In this document: positions 12,076 to 21,252 of the stretch, piece after piece | Layout of the letters: the number at the start of each line of letters is the position of its first letter | How positions within the stretch are numbered: the stretch's first letter is position 1 | NCBI GenBank assembly: GCA_003599485.1 | Contig: QZKM01000018.1 | Span: 278 to 64,277 of the forward strand | DNA length: 64,000 nt | From: Gammaproteobacteria bacterium | Lineage (GTDB): Bacteria; Pseudomonadota; Gammaproteobacteria; SURF-13 | Direction: 5' to 3' | The notes under the pieces: model-generated | Databases searched by the model: none | Told to the model about the DNA's origin: nothing | Seen by the model: the letters and a program-made list of their open reading frames with translations, nothing else | Made by a program: the position numbers and the translations under genes

Positions 12076-12444
12076 GGGGGCGACCCGGTTTCGACGTGGG
12101 TCACAAAACCTGAGGGGCATGCCGAGGTGCAGTTCACCTCGTAAATCAAACTGCACAAATATAGTTGCCAACGACGACAACTACGCCTTAGCGGCCTAAT
12201 CCCCGCTAACCTCTGACTGAAGCCGTGCTTGTGCGTTCAGGTCCGCAAGGACATTCAGGGGACGACGCTCACAAGATCGCGCTGCGGCCCGTCCGTGGTC
12301 AACGCGCTAAAGCTCTGACGGACTCGCCTGCTGTGTTCCCTGCCTGTCGGGTAACGGCCGGTTAAACTCAAAGATGAGGCTACGCATGTAGAACCAAGGG
12401 CGGCGGACTTGCGGACGTGGGTTCGATTCCCACCGCCTCCACCA
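12076..12444 (+). ncRNA. ssrA: tmRNA (SsrA), tag peptide ANDDNYALAA
   Basis: 5' end GGGGGCGACCCGGUUUCGACG and 3' end GGUUCGAUUCCCACCGCCUCCACCA form the tRNA-like acceptor stem. The internal tag reading frame is GCC AAC GAC GAC AAC UAC GCC UUA GCG GCC UAA. Confidence 0.93.
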
Positions 12445-12452
12445 TCCAACCA

Positions 12453-12480
12453 AGGCCGGGCATCTCCGGCCTTATTTTTT
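12453..12480 (+). terminator. Rho-independent terminator after ssrA
   Basis: GGCCGGGCAUCUCCGGCC hairpin followed by UUAUUUUUU. Confidence 0.8.
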
Positions 12481-12494
12481 CATCCATCTGCCAA

Positions 12495-14174
12495 TTATCG
12501 AAGCATAACAAACAGCAACAGCAAATTTAGGATCAGTGACACAATAAACAGCGCTTTCCAGTGTTGAGGGCGGATGCGCTCAAGCAAAGGCGCTTTGCGT
12601 TGCGGGTGGCTGGTTGGCGGAGGACTGCTCAGCGCCGCGGCAAAATCTGCGGCGTGGGGGTAGCGTTGGCTTGGGTCGGGGGCGCAGGCCTGGCGCAGGA
12701 TTTCGGACAGCCAGTGCGGCACGTCGGGGTTGTAGCGCTCAGGCGGGATGAAGCGGCTGTAGGAAGGATGGGTGAAGGGTTCGATTTCACCATAGGGGTA
12801 TTTTCCGGTGAGCATCTCGTATATCGTCACCGCCGCGGAGTAGACGTCTGCACGCTCATCGGCCTCTCCGCCCGCCATCACCTCGGGCGCAATGTAGCTC
12901 GGCGTGCCGACGGGCGTGAGCGATTGACTGCCCGCGTCCATGCGCTCGATGCGGCTTACTCCGAGATCGAGCAGGCGCACCCGGTGTTCGGCGTCTATCA
13001 GAATATTTTCCGGTTTCACGTCGCGGTGGATCACGCCCTTGCGATGCAGATGGTCGAGGCCGGTTAGGATCTGCTGCGCCAGCGACAGCGTTTCGTGCAC
13101 GGACAGTCCGCTTTTCCGTTTGATGCGCGCGGCCAGAGTCTCGCCGTGGTGGAACACCATCACCGTGTAGAGCGCGCTGCGCCGTCCCGGGGTAAGCATG
13201 ATGGTCTTTACCACGTGCGGGCTGTCCAGGCGCCGGCCCAGCCATTCCTCGCGCAGAAAATAACTCACGAACGCGGCGTCATCGGCGTAACGCGGGTTGG
13301 GAAATTTTAGCGCCACGCGCTGGCCGGTTTCACTGTCCACCGCGGCATACAAGGTGGACAAACGTCCGCTGTGCAGGCGCTCGCCGATGACGAAGCCGTC
13401 CACCGTGTCGCCCGGTTTCGGCAGCGCACGGATGGGCAGCGCGGTGATGCTGAGACTGATATCGGATGCGGTCTCGGGCGGGAGCTTTTCCACGCGCGCC
13501 ACGCACGCGCTGACGTTATCCATGCTGCCCGCCTTGAGCGCTTGCAGCACCAGAGTCTCGGCAATGTCCTGCGCGCCGTGATTTTCCCGGGCAAGCACCT
13601 CGGTTATTGTCTGGACATCCAGCGTTTCGTGCACGCCGTCGCTGGTGATGAGAAACACGTCGCCTTCCTGCAGTTCCCCGCTTTGCACGTCGGCGTTGAG
13701 TTGTACATCCAACCCGCACGCGCGCGTAATCATGGAACCGATGTGCGCGTAGGGACGGCTGTGATCGGTGGTGACCTGCGTGAGCAGCCGGTTGCGGTAC
13801 AACCAGACGCGCGTGTCGCCCACGTGGCCGACGGCCCAGCGGCGATTGCGCAGCACCAGGGCGGAGAGCGTGGTGGCCCGGCCCGCTGGCGGTTCGGCCA
13901 GCACGGCGCGGTTGGCAGCAATGAAGCAATCCCTGAGCGTGTGCTCCAGGGTCAGGGTTTCGGGAGCGGCGTAGTATTCATCGCGCAAGGTGCGAATCGC
14001 GCACTCGGCGGCCTCTTTCCCTCCCGCCATGCCGCCCACGCCGTCGGCCACGGCGAACAGCGCGCCGTAGTCGAGATATTGGCCCGTGCTCGGCGTGATG
14101 ACGAGACAACTGTCTTCATTGGCCTTGCGTTTCCCCCCTTGCGACGAGCAACCGGCATCCAGAGTCAAGCTCAT
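12495..14174 (-). CDS. Fused PP2C-type Ser/Thr phosphatase (N-terminal) and Ser/Thr protein kinase (C-terminal) with a C-terminal transmembrane helix; last gene of the nitrate assimilation operon
   Basis: PP2C motifs KRKANEDS, AVADGVGG, GDTR, TSDGV and DN in residues ~1-235. Kinase motifs VALK, HRDVKPENIL, DLG and GTPSYIAPE in residues ~260-520. Hydrophobic tail ALFIVSLILNLLLLFVML. Only 6 nt separate its start from the upstream transporter stop. Confidence 0.85.
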   Translation of the reverse strand: MSLTLDAGCSSQGGKRKANEDSCLVITPSTGQYLDYGALFAVADGVGGMAGGKEAAECAIRTLRDEYYAAPETLTLEHTLRDCFIAANRAVLAEPPAGRATTLSALVLRNRRWAVGHVGDTRVWLYRNRLLTQVTTDHSRPYAHIGSMITRACGLDVQLNADVQSGELQEGDVFLITSDGVHETLDVQTITEVLARENHGAQDIAETLVLQALKAGSMDNVSACVARVEKLPPETASDISLSITALPIRALPKPGDTVDGFVIGERLHSGRLSTLYAAVDSETGQRVALKFPNPRYADDAAFVSYFLREEWLGRRLDSPHVVKTIMLTPGRRSALYTVMVFHHGETLAARIKRKSGLSVHETLSLAQQILTGLDHLHRKGVIHRDVKPENILIDAEHRVRLLDLGVSRIERMDAGSQSLTPVGTPSYIAPEVMAGGEADERADVYSAAVTIYEMLTGKYPYGEIEPFTHPSYSRFIPPERYNPDVPHWLSEILRQACAPDPSQRYPHAADFAAALSSPPPTSHPQRKAPLLERIRPQHWKALFIVSLILNLLLLFVMLR

Positions 14175-14180
14175 GCGTCA

Positions 14181-15467
14181 TTATACTTTGGCGGTCGTCA
14201 CCGTGGACGAACCCCAGGTGGTGCGCCAACGGGTTTTGACCAGGACAAGGCCAACCAGACCGAATAGCGCCAGCCCCGCGAACAGCCAGAAGCCGGCGGC
14301 GAAATCGCCGGTGATGCCCTTGGACCAGCCCAGTGTCTTGGCAAGAAAAAAGCCGCCTAGCCCGCCCGCGGCGCCGACCAGACCGGTGATAATGCCCATC
14401 TCGCGCCGGAAGCGCAGCGGCACCAGTTGAAACACCGAACCGTTGCCCATGCCGAGCGCCATCGCGCCGATGAAAAAAAGAGTCACCGCCAGCCAGGCGA
14501 CGGGCGGCAGGCCGGACAAACTCCAGCCCGCGACCTTGGCGGTGCTCGCCGCCAGTGCTTCCGGCGCCGGGCCTTCCGGCAGAAAGGCGATGCTGAAATA
14601 GCTCAGCGCCACCACTACGAATAATATCTGCAAGGCGCGGATGCCGCCGATGCGGTCGGCGAGCCATCCGCCGACGGGGCGGAACATCGAGCCGGCGGCG
14701 ACCACCAGGGCCGCCATCATGCCCGCCGTGATGCCCGAGGCGTGATACCAGGTGGAAAAATACAGCGGCAGCGCGTTGCCCAGCCCGACGAATCCGCCGA
14801 AGGTGATGGAGTAGAAAAACATGAACCACCAGGTGTCGGGATCGCCCAGCACCAGGCCGTAGTTTTTCAAGGTCACGGGGGCGCGCTGGTCCGGCGCGTC
14901 CCTGGCCATGAGGCTGTACAGGATAAACACCAGCACCACCGGGATCAGCAAAAAGCCGAACACGTTTTGCCAGCCGAAGGTTTCGGCAAACCAGGGAACC
15001 AGCAGCGAATCGAACACCACCCCGACGTTGCCCGCCCCGGCGATGCCGAGCACGATGCCCTGATAATGCGGCGGATACCAGCGGCTGGCCTGCGGGATGG
15101 CCACTGCGAAGCTCGCCCCGGCAAAGCCCAGCACCATGCCGAAGAGTTGCACCGCCAACTTGGAGTGCAGACCGAATAGCCAGACGTAGAGCAAGGCGGC
15201 AATGATGATGAGCTGCCCTATTTGCCCCGCGCGCTTGGGCCCGATGTGGTCGGCGAACATGCCCATGGGCACGCGCAGCAGCGCGCCGGACAGGATCGGT
15301 ATCGCCACCAGGCCAAACTTTTCTTCGATACTGAGGTTTAAATCCTGCATCAAGTACAGCGCCAGCGGCCCCAGCACGACCCAGACCATGAAGCTGACGT
15401 CGAAATATAAAAAGGCTGACAGCAGCGTCGGCCAGTGTCCGGTCTTGAGAAAGTCCTTTAGATTCAC
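14181..15467 (-). CDS. MFS nitrate/nitrite transporter (NarK/NasA family)
   Basis: 428 aa, 12 predicted TM helices, NarK-family sequence. The overlapping 453-aa ORF at 14116-15477 is a shadow frame. Confidence 0.85.
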   Translation of the reverse strand: MNLKDFLKTGHWPTLLSAFLYFDVSFMVWVVLGPLALYLMQDLNLSIEEKFGLVAIPILSGALLRVPMGMFADHIGPKRAGQIGQLIIIAALLYVWLFGLHSKLAVQLFGMVLGFAGASFAVAIPQASRWYPPHYQGIVLGIAGAGNVGVVFDSLLVPWFAETFGWQNVFGFLLIPVVLVFILYSLMARDAPDQRAPVTLKNYGLVLGDPDTWWFMFFYSITFGGFVGLGNALPLYFSTWYHASGITAGMMAALVVAAGSMFRPVGGWLADRIGGIRALQILFVVVALSYFSIAFLPEGPAPEALAASTAKVAGWSLSGLPPVAWLAVTLFFIGAMALGMGNGSVFQLVPLRFRREMGIITGLVGAAGGLGGFFLAKTLGWSKGITGDFAAGFWLFAGLALFGLVGLVLVKTRWRTTWGSSTVTTAKV

Positions 15468-15500
15468 TCAGTCTCACTCCTTATAGGGATAATCATGGCG

Positions 15501-18191
15501 TCAAGCACATTGCTTTACGGTCTGCGCAATCAGCGCCTTCAACTCGGGGATACAGGAACCGCAGTTGGTGCCCGCTTTAAGACGTTGGCCGATGGCCTCC
15601 ACGCTGTGCAGGCCGTCGCGTTGTATCGCGCGCAGCAGGGTGTTGCGCCCCACGTTGAAGCAAGCGCACACCGTGGCGCCGGCGTCCTCCACGGCGGCCA
15701 ATGGCCGTGCGGCAAGCAGGCTGTTGCGTTCCGCGTTCGTGAGCGCGCGCTTGAGGGCGAATAACTCCATCAGCCACGAGCGCGAGGGAAGTTCTGGGCC
15801 GGGGGCCACAAACAGACAGCTTTCCAGGCGCTGGTTCAACAGCCGCGCGCCGCGGTAACATCCGGCGCCACGATCGAGATAATCAATCCAGGCGACACGG
15901 TCGTTTTCACTGTCTTTGGGCGCGCAAAGCAGCGCGCGCGCCCACGCGCTCCAGTCGCCGGGTTGCGTCTCGCCCGCCAATTCATAACGCCACAACTCCA
16001 CGCCCCTGGCGCGCGCCCAGTAACTCACGTCATGCAGCGCCAGCTTGCGGCGCGACAACAAAAATCCATGCCAGCGCGGGCGGTAGGCGCTCACCCGCAC
16101 CGGCGTGTGCTTGGATTCCGGCTGGCCGGAAACCGGGTCCACCACGGGATGCACCAGCGCATCCACACGCGCCTGTGCGGCGAATTGATCGTTCCAGTGC
16201 ATGGGGACGAATACATTGCCGGGCAGCTGTGCGTCGTTCAGCATCGCACGCAGCGTGACGCTTCCGAGCCGGCTGGTCACACTTATCAAATCGTGTTGCC
16301 GTATACCGAGCGGCTCCGCATCCTGCGGATGCAACTCGGCATACGGTTCATACGTGTGGCTGGATAAACGCGCGGACTTGCCGGTGCGCGTCAAGGTGTG
16401 CCAGTGATCGCGCACGCGCCCGGTGTTGAGCACCATGGGATAGGCCTGATCCACCGGATGACGGGGATCACGCGGCGTGACGGGGATAAAGCGCGCCTTC
16501 CCCAACGGCGTATAAAACTGCCCGTCTCCAAACAGACGTTGTGTGCCGGCGGAACCGGGCTGCACTACCGGCCATTGGGTGGGCGGCAGCGTATCATAGG
16601 CGGCCTCATCCAAACCGCACAGCCCGGAAATGTCGAAGTCGCGCGCGCCGTCGTTCTCAAACCCGGACAGCGCCGCGTGCTCATTAAAGATTTGCGCGGG
16701 CGATGAGTAGTTGAACGCGTGCGTGTAGCCCATGCGTTTTGCCACTTGCGCGATGATCCACCAATCCGGCCGCGCCTCGCCGGGCGCAGGCAGAAATTTG
16801 CGCTGACGTGAAATACGCCGCTCGGAATTGGTCACCGTGCCGTCTTTTTCGCCCCACGCCGCCGCAGGCAACAAGACGTGGCCATAGGCCGTGGTGTCTG
16901 TATGGCGCACGCAGTCTGAAACGGCGACGAACTCACACGACTGCAACGCCTTACACGCCGCATCCGCGTCCGGCAGACTCACCACCGGATTGGTCGCCAT
17001 GATCCAGATGGCCTTGATCTTCCCCTCCCCCAGCGCACGAAACATGTCCACCGCCTTGAGCCCCGGTTTGTCCGCGATGACGGGCGATTGCCAGAAACGC
17101 TGTACGCGCGCGCGGTGTTCCGGAATCTCCAGCTCCATGTGCGCCGCCAATTGATTCGCCAGCCCTCCCACTTCGCGCCCGCCCATGGCGTTGGGCTGTC
17201 CGGTGAAGGAAAACGGCCCCATGCCGGGCCGGCCGATGCGTCCGGTGAGCAGATGGCAATTGATAATGGCGTTGACCTTGTCGGTGCCGCTGGAGGACTG
17301 ATTCACGCCCTGCGAGTAGACGGTCACCGTCTTTTCCGTGGCGGCGAACAGATCAAAAAACGCCTGCACCTGCGTTGCATCGAGTCCACATTGGAGGGCC
17401 GCGGCATCCGCGCCGGGCACGCTGACCAACGCGCTGTTTACCGCGGCCTCCACGCCTTCGGTATGAGCGCGGATATAGGCGTCATCGCGCCGACCGTTCA
17501 CGTGCAAATAACCCAGCAGGCCGTTAAACAGCGCCGCGTCGCTGCCGGAGCGCAACGCAAGATGCAGATCGGCGATGTCGCAGGTCGCGGTGCGGCGCGG
17601 GTCTATCACCACGATCTTGAGCCGGGGATTGGATTTCCTGGCGTGGGCGATGCGCTGAAACAATACCGGATGGCACCAGGCGGTATTGGAGCCCGCCAAT
17701 ACGATCAAATCCGCAAGCTCCAGGTCTTCATAGCAGCACGGCACCGTGTCACTGCCGAAGGCGCGTTTGTGTCCCGCGACGCTGGAGGCCATGCACAGGC
17801 GCGAGTTGGTATCAATATTGGCTGAACCGATAAATCCCTTCATCAGTTTGTTGGCGACGTAATAATCTTCCGTGAGTAATTGTCCGGATACATAAAACGC
17901 CACGGCGTCAGGCCCCTGCTCACGAATAATGCGTGCAAAGTTTTGCGCGATGGCGTCCAGCGCCGTGTCCCAGGTGCAGCGTTCGCCCCCCATTTCGGGA
18001 TAAAGCAGCCGCCCCTCCAGGTCTATGGTTTCAGCGAGCGCCGCGCCCTTGGAACACAGGCGTCCGAGGTTGGCCGGGTGCGTCTCGTCGCCGCTTATTT
18101 GCACGCTGCCGCCGGCTTGGACGGCGGCGGCTATCCCGCAGCCCACGCCACAATAAGGACAGGTGGTTTTTACACCCTCCGCGCCGGTCAT
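15501..18191 (-). CDS. nasA: Assimilatory nitrate reductase catalytic subunit (molybdopterin bis-MGD enzyme) with C-terminal BFD-like [2Fe-2S] domain
   Basis: N-terminal 4Fe-4S motif CPYCGVGCG, molybdopterin oxidoreductase core, and C-terminal CxC...CGSC BFD-like motif. Overlaps nirD by 4 nt. Confidence 0.9.
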   Translation of the reverse strand: MTGAEGVKTTCPYCGVGCGIAAAVQAGGSVQISGDETHPANLGRLCSKGAALAETIDLEGRLLYPEMGGERCTWDTALDAIAQNFARIIREQGPDAVAFYVSGQLLTEDYYVANKLMKGFIGSANIDTNSRLCMASSVAGHKRAFGSDTVPCCYEDLELADLIVLAGSNTAWCHPVLFQRIAHARKSNPRLKIVVIDPRRTATCDIADLHLALRSGSDAALFNGLLGYLHVNGRRDDAYIRAHTEGVEAAVNSALVSVPGADAAALQCGLDATQVQAFFDLFAATEKTVTVYSQGVNQSSSGTDKVNAIINCHLLTGRIGRPGMGPFSFTGQPNAMGGREVGGLANQLAAHMELEIPEHRARVQRFWQSPVIADKPGLKAVDMFRALGEGKIKAIWIMATNPVVSLPDADAACKALQSCEFVAVSDCVRHTDTTAYGHVLLPAAAWGEKDGTVTNSERRISRQRKFLPAPGEARPDWWIIAQVAKRMGYTHAFNYSSPAQIFNEHAALSGFENDGARDFDISGLCGLDEAAYDTLPPTQWPVVQPGSAGTQRLFGDGQFYTPLGKARFIPVTPRDPRHPVDQAYPMVLNTGRVRDHWHTLTRTGKSARLSSHTYEPYAELHPQDAEPLGIRQHDLISVTSRLGSVTLRAMLNDAQLPGNVFVPMHWNDQFAAQARVDALVHPVVDPVSGQPESKHTPVRVSAYRPRWHGFLLSRRKLALHDVSYWARARGVELWRYELAGETQPGDWSAWARALLCAPKDSENDRVAWIDYLDRGAGCYRGARLLNQRLESCLFVAPGPELPSRSWLMELFALKRALTNAERNSLLAARPLAAVEDAGATVCACFNVGRNTLLRAIQRDGLHSVEAIGQRLKAGTNCGSCIPELKALIAQTVKQCA

Positions 18192-18520
18192 GCGCTTTTC
18201 TGCAGCTCATCAGGCCGGAGTGATATACTCACCACGCCCTGCTCCACTTTCACCGGATAACAGGCTGTACGCCCCTCATCCGGCGCTACGGCGGAGCCGG
18301 TCACCAATTCGATCACCCAGTTGTGCAGCGGGCAGGTCACACGATTGCCGTGCACAATGCCCTGTGACAGCGGCCCGTTCCTGTGCGGACATTTGTCGTT
18401 GAGCGCGAATACTTCGTTATTTGCCGTACGGAACAGCGCGATGTCACCCTGCGCCGTGCGCATCACGCGTGCGCCCAGTATGGGGATATCTTCCAAACAT
18501 CCCGCTTCGATCCACTGCAT
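18188..18520 (-). CDS. nirD: Nitrite reductase small subunit NirD (Rieske-type); start at the Met of MQWIEAGCLED
   Basis: Rieske-like CPH...CPLH motifs. The longer ORF in the track (to 18712) overlaps the nirB 3' end and is an upstream extension. Confidence 0.85.
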   Translation of the reverse strand: MQWIEAGCLEDIPILGARVMRTAQGDIALFRTANNEVFALNDKCPHRNGPLSQGIVHGNRVTCPLHNWVIELVTGSAVAPDEGRTACYPVKVEQGVVSISLRPDELQKSA

Positions 18521-18528
18521 GGCTGGGC

Positions 18529-20967
18529 TCACACCACTTCTCTGAGGGGCGTGAATTCGTGTTTCTGTACTTCGCGTTGAGCCCGCTCCGCCCAGGGATC
18601 CAGTTGCGCGTATTTTTGTGATTCGATGAACCGCGCATACAGCGCCTTGCGCCCCTCTGTATCCTCCACCACGCGCTGCTTGACGTAGGCGAGCCCAACA
18701 CGCTCTATCCACGGCGCAGTACGGTCAAGATAACGCGCCTCTTCCCGGTACAACTGGATAAAAGCGCAACAATATTCTTCCACTTCGTCCTCGGTCGCCA
18801 CCTTGCACAGCAGATCGGTCGGGCGTATCTTCACGCCACCGTTGCCGCCGACGTGCAGCTCCCAGCCAGAATCCACCGCGACCACGCCGAAGTCCTTGAT
18901 GGTCGCCTCGGCGCAGTTGCGCGGACAACCCGACACCGCCATCTTGAACTTGTGCGGCATCCACGAACCCCAGGTGCGTTTTTCCAGGCGGATGCCCATG
19001 GCGGTGGAATCCTGCGTGCCGAAGCGGCACCATTCTTTGCCGACGCAGGTCTTCACGGTGCGCAGCGCCTTGCCGTAGGCGTGGCCGGACACCAAGCCGC
19101 CCTTGCCCAGTTCACGCCACACCGCGGGCAAATCTTCTTTCTTCACGCCCAGCAGATCAATGCGCTGCCCGCCGGTGACCTTGACGGTGGGGATGCTGAA
19201 CTTGTCCACCACGTCGGCGATGGTGCGCAGCTCATTGGAATTGGTGACGCCGCCCCACATGCGCGGCACAACCGAATAAGTGCCGTCCTTCTGAATATTG
19301 GCGTGCGCGCGCTCGTTGATGAAGCGCGATTGCGGGTCATCCTGATATTCCGCGGGCCAGGCGCACAACAGGTAATAATTGAGCGCGGGACGGCAGGAGT
19401 GACAGCCATCCGGATTAAGCCATTTAAAATGAGTCATGACCTCGCGTATCGTGAGCAGATGCTGTTCGCGTATGGCCTTGCGCACCTCATCGTGCGTGTG
19501 GTCGGTGCACTTGCACAACGGTTTTTCCCTGGGCGCAGCCGCGTAACCCCCGCCCAGCACCGAGGCCATGATCTGTTCCACCAGCCCGGTGCAGGAACCG
19601 CACGAAGAGGACGCCTTGGTGTGCGCGCGCACCTCTTCCAGCGTGAACAGGCCTTTTTCGGTGATCGCCTTGACGATGGCCCCCTTGCACACGCCGTTAC
19701 AGCCGCACACCTCCATGCCATCGCTCATTGCGGCCGCCTTGTTCTGGCCGCCGTGGCCCGCGTCGCCGAGATGCGCCTGACCGAACATGAGCTGATCGCG
19801 GAACGCGGCGACGTCGGCGCCGTCGCGCATCAACTGGAAATACCAGGCCCCGTCCACGGTGTCTCCATACAACACCGCGCCTTGAATGCGGTTGCCGCGG
19901 ATCACCAGCTTTTTGTACGCACCCTGCGATGCATCCTTGAGCACAATCTCTTCACTGCCCTCGCCGCCGTTGAAATCACCTGCGGAAAACAGCTCTATGC
20001 CGGTGACCTTGAGTTTGGTCGAGACCAGTGAACCTTGATAGCGCAGGTAGCCGAAGTGAGCAAGATGATTGGCGCAGACCCTGGCCTGCTCGAACAGCGG
20101 CGCGACCAAGCCGTAAGTTTGGTTGCGGTGCTGCACGCACTCGCCGACGGCGTAGATACTGGGGTCATACGTTTGCAGCGTATCGTTCACCACGACGCCG
20201 CGCTCGCAATAAATGCCGGATTTTTTCGCCAGCTCTATGTTGGGCCGGATACCCGCCGCCATCACGACGAGATCGGCATACAGTTCGGAGCCGTCTTCGA
20301 AACGCACACCGCGCACGCGCTTCTCGCCCAGAATCTCCACAGTCTGCGCGGGCATGTGGAAATGCATGCCGCGTTGTTCCAGCGATAGCCGCAGCATTTC
20401 GCCCGCCACCCTGTCCAATTGACGTTCCATCAGCGTCTCGTGGATGTGCACCACGGTCACGCTCATGCCCTGGCGCATCAGGCCATTCGCCGCCTCCAGA
20501 CCCAGCAAACCGCCGCCGATCACCACCGCGTGCCGGTATTTTTCCGCGGCGGCGATCATCGCCTGCACGTCGCGGATATCGCGGAAGGTCACTACCCCCG
20601 GCAGGTCTTTCCCCGGCACCGGAACCACAAACGGATTCGAGCCGGTCGCCAGCACCAGACGGTCATAAACCGCACTGGCGCCGTCAGCGGTGATGACCCT
20701 GCGCCTGGCGCGGTCTATCCAGGCCACTTCGGTACCGCAATGGAGCATGATGCCGTTGTCTGCGTACCATTGCCTATCATTGAGCATGATCTCGGCTATG
20801 GTCTTCTCACCGGCCAGCACGGGCGAGAGCAGAATGCGGTTGTAATTACCGTAGGGCTCGGAACCGAACACGGTAATCTCGTATTTATCCGGCGCGACCT
20901 TCAGCAGTTCCTCCAGAGTACGCACTCCGGCCATGCCGTTGCCGACCAATATCAGCTTCTCTCTCAT
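18529..20967 (-). CDS. nirB: NAD(P)H-dependent nitrite reductase large subunit NirB (real start probably the Met of MREKLILVGNG; ORF extends to 21024)
   Basis: FAD/NAD-binding GxGxxG near the N-terminus, BFD-like 2Fe-2S domain, and siroheme/4Fe-4S sulfite-nitrite reductase domain (CxxxxC...C). Confidence 0.92.
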   Translation of the reverse strand: MREKLILVGNGMAGVRTLEELLKVAPDKYEITVFGSEPYGNYNRILLSPVLAGEKTIAEIMLNDRQWYADNGIMLHCGTEVAWIDRARRRVITADGASAVYDRLVLATGSNPFVVPVPGKDLPGVVTFRDIRDVQAMIAAAEKYRHAVVIGGGLLGLEAANGLMRQGMSVTVVHIHETLMERQLDRVAGEMLRLSLEQRGMHFHMPAQTVEILGEKRVRGVRFEDGSELYADLVVMAAGIRPNIELAKKSGIYCERGVVVNDTLQTYDPSIYAVGECVQHRNQTYGLVAPLFEQARVCANHLAHFGYLRYQGSLVSTKLKVTGIELFSAGDFNGGEGSEEIVLKDASQGAYKKLVIRGNRIQGAVLYGDTVDGAWYFQLMRDGADVAAFRDQLMFGQAHLGDAGHGGQNKAAAMSDGMEVCGCNGVCKGAIVKAITEKGLFTLEEVRAHTKASSSCGSCTGLVEQIMASVLGGGYAAAPREKPLCKCTDHTHDEVRKAIREQHLLTIREVMTHFKWLNPDGCHSCRPALNYYLLCAWPAEYQDDPQSRFINERAHANIQKDGTYSVVPRMWGGVTNSNELRTIADVVDKFSIPTVKVTGGQRIDLLGVKKEDLPAVWRELGKGGLVSGHAYGKALRTVKTCVGKEWCRFGTQDSTAMGIRLEKRTWGSWMPHKFKMAVSGCPRNCAEATIKDFGVVAVDSGWELHVGGNGGVKIRPTDLLCKVATEDEVEEYCCAFIQLYREEARYLDRTAPWIERVGLAYVKQRVVEDTEGRKALYARFIESQKYAQLDPWAERAQREVQKHEFTPLREVV

Positions 20968-21106
20968 CTGAAACCCTCGTACTTCGAACTTTGGATAAGA
21001 GTGTCTCAGCAAGTTATGGGCCAACCGCGTTTTCCAATCTAATCAATTGTTTTTAATTATTTTTTTGTCCAGGCACGACAAATGAAAGTAGATGCAGCGG
21101 CGCTGC

Positions 21107-21156
21107 CTGCACCAAATCACAGCAAGCGTGCATTTTGATTCCCGTATTTGGTGCAG
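21107..21156. promoter_or_regulatory. Perfect 11-bp inverted repeat CTGCACCAAAT-N28-ATTTGGTGCAG in the nirB/mobA divergent intergenic region
   Basis: Seen directly in the sequence. It could be a leader RNA hairpin or a dimeric regulator binding site. Confidence 0.45.
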
Positions 21157-21252
21157 AAAACTTCTTGTGCATACGCGCAGCAACGCGCCAACCCGCGCTG
21201 CGCCGGGATATTTTTCCTCCTGGTATGAGGATTGCTGACTCAATCAAACACA

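Noticed and set aside
12445-12500. Possible genomic island integrated at the tmRNA 3' end
   Set aside because: The terminator is followed almost at once by the convergent stop of the nas-operon kinase gene. Composition stays high-GC, and no integrase or attL/attR-like repeat of the ssrA 3' end is visible.
14116-15477. 453-aa minus-strand ORF overlapping the nitrate transporter in another frame
   Set aside because: Arg/Gly/Ala-rich low-complexity translation, typical of a high-GC alternate frame. The NarK-family frame has a clear MFS sequence.
18853-20031. 392-aa plus-strand ORF inside nirB
   Set aside because: Antisense to a well-supported NirB reading frame. The translation is Ala/Arg/Gly-rich with no recognisable domain.
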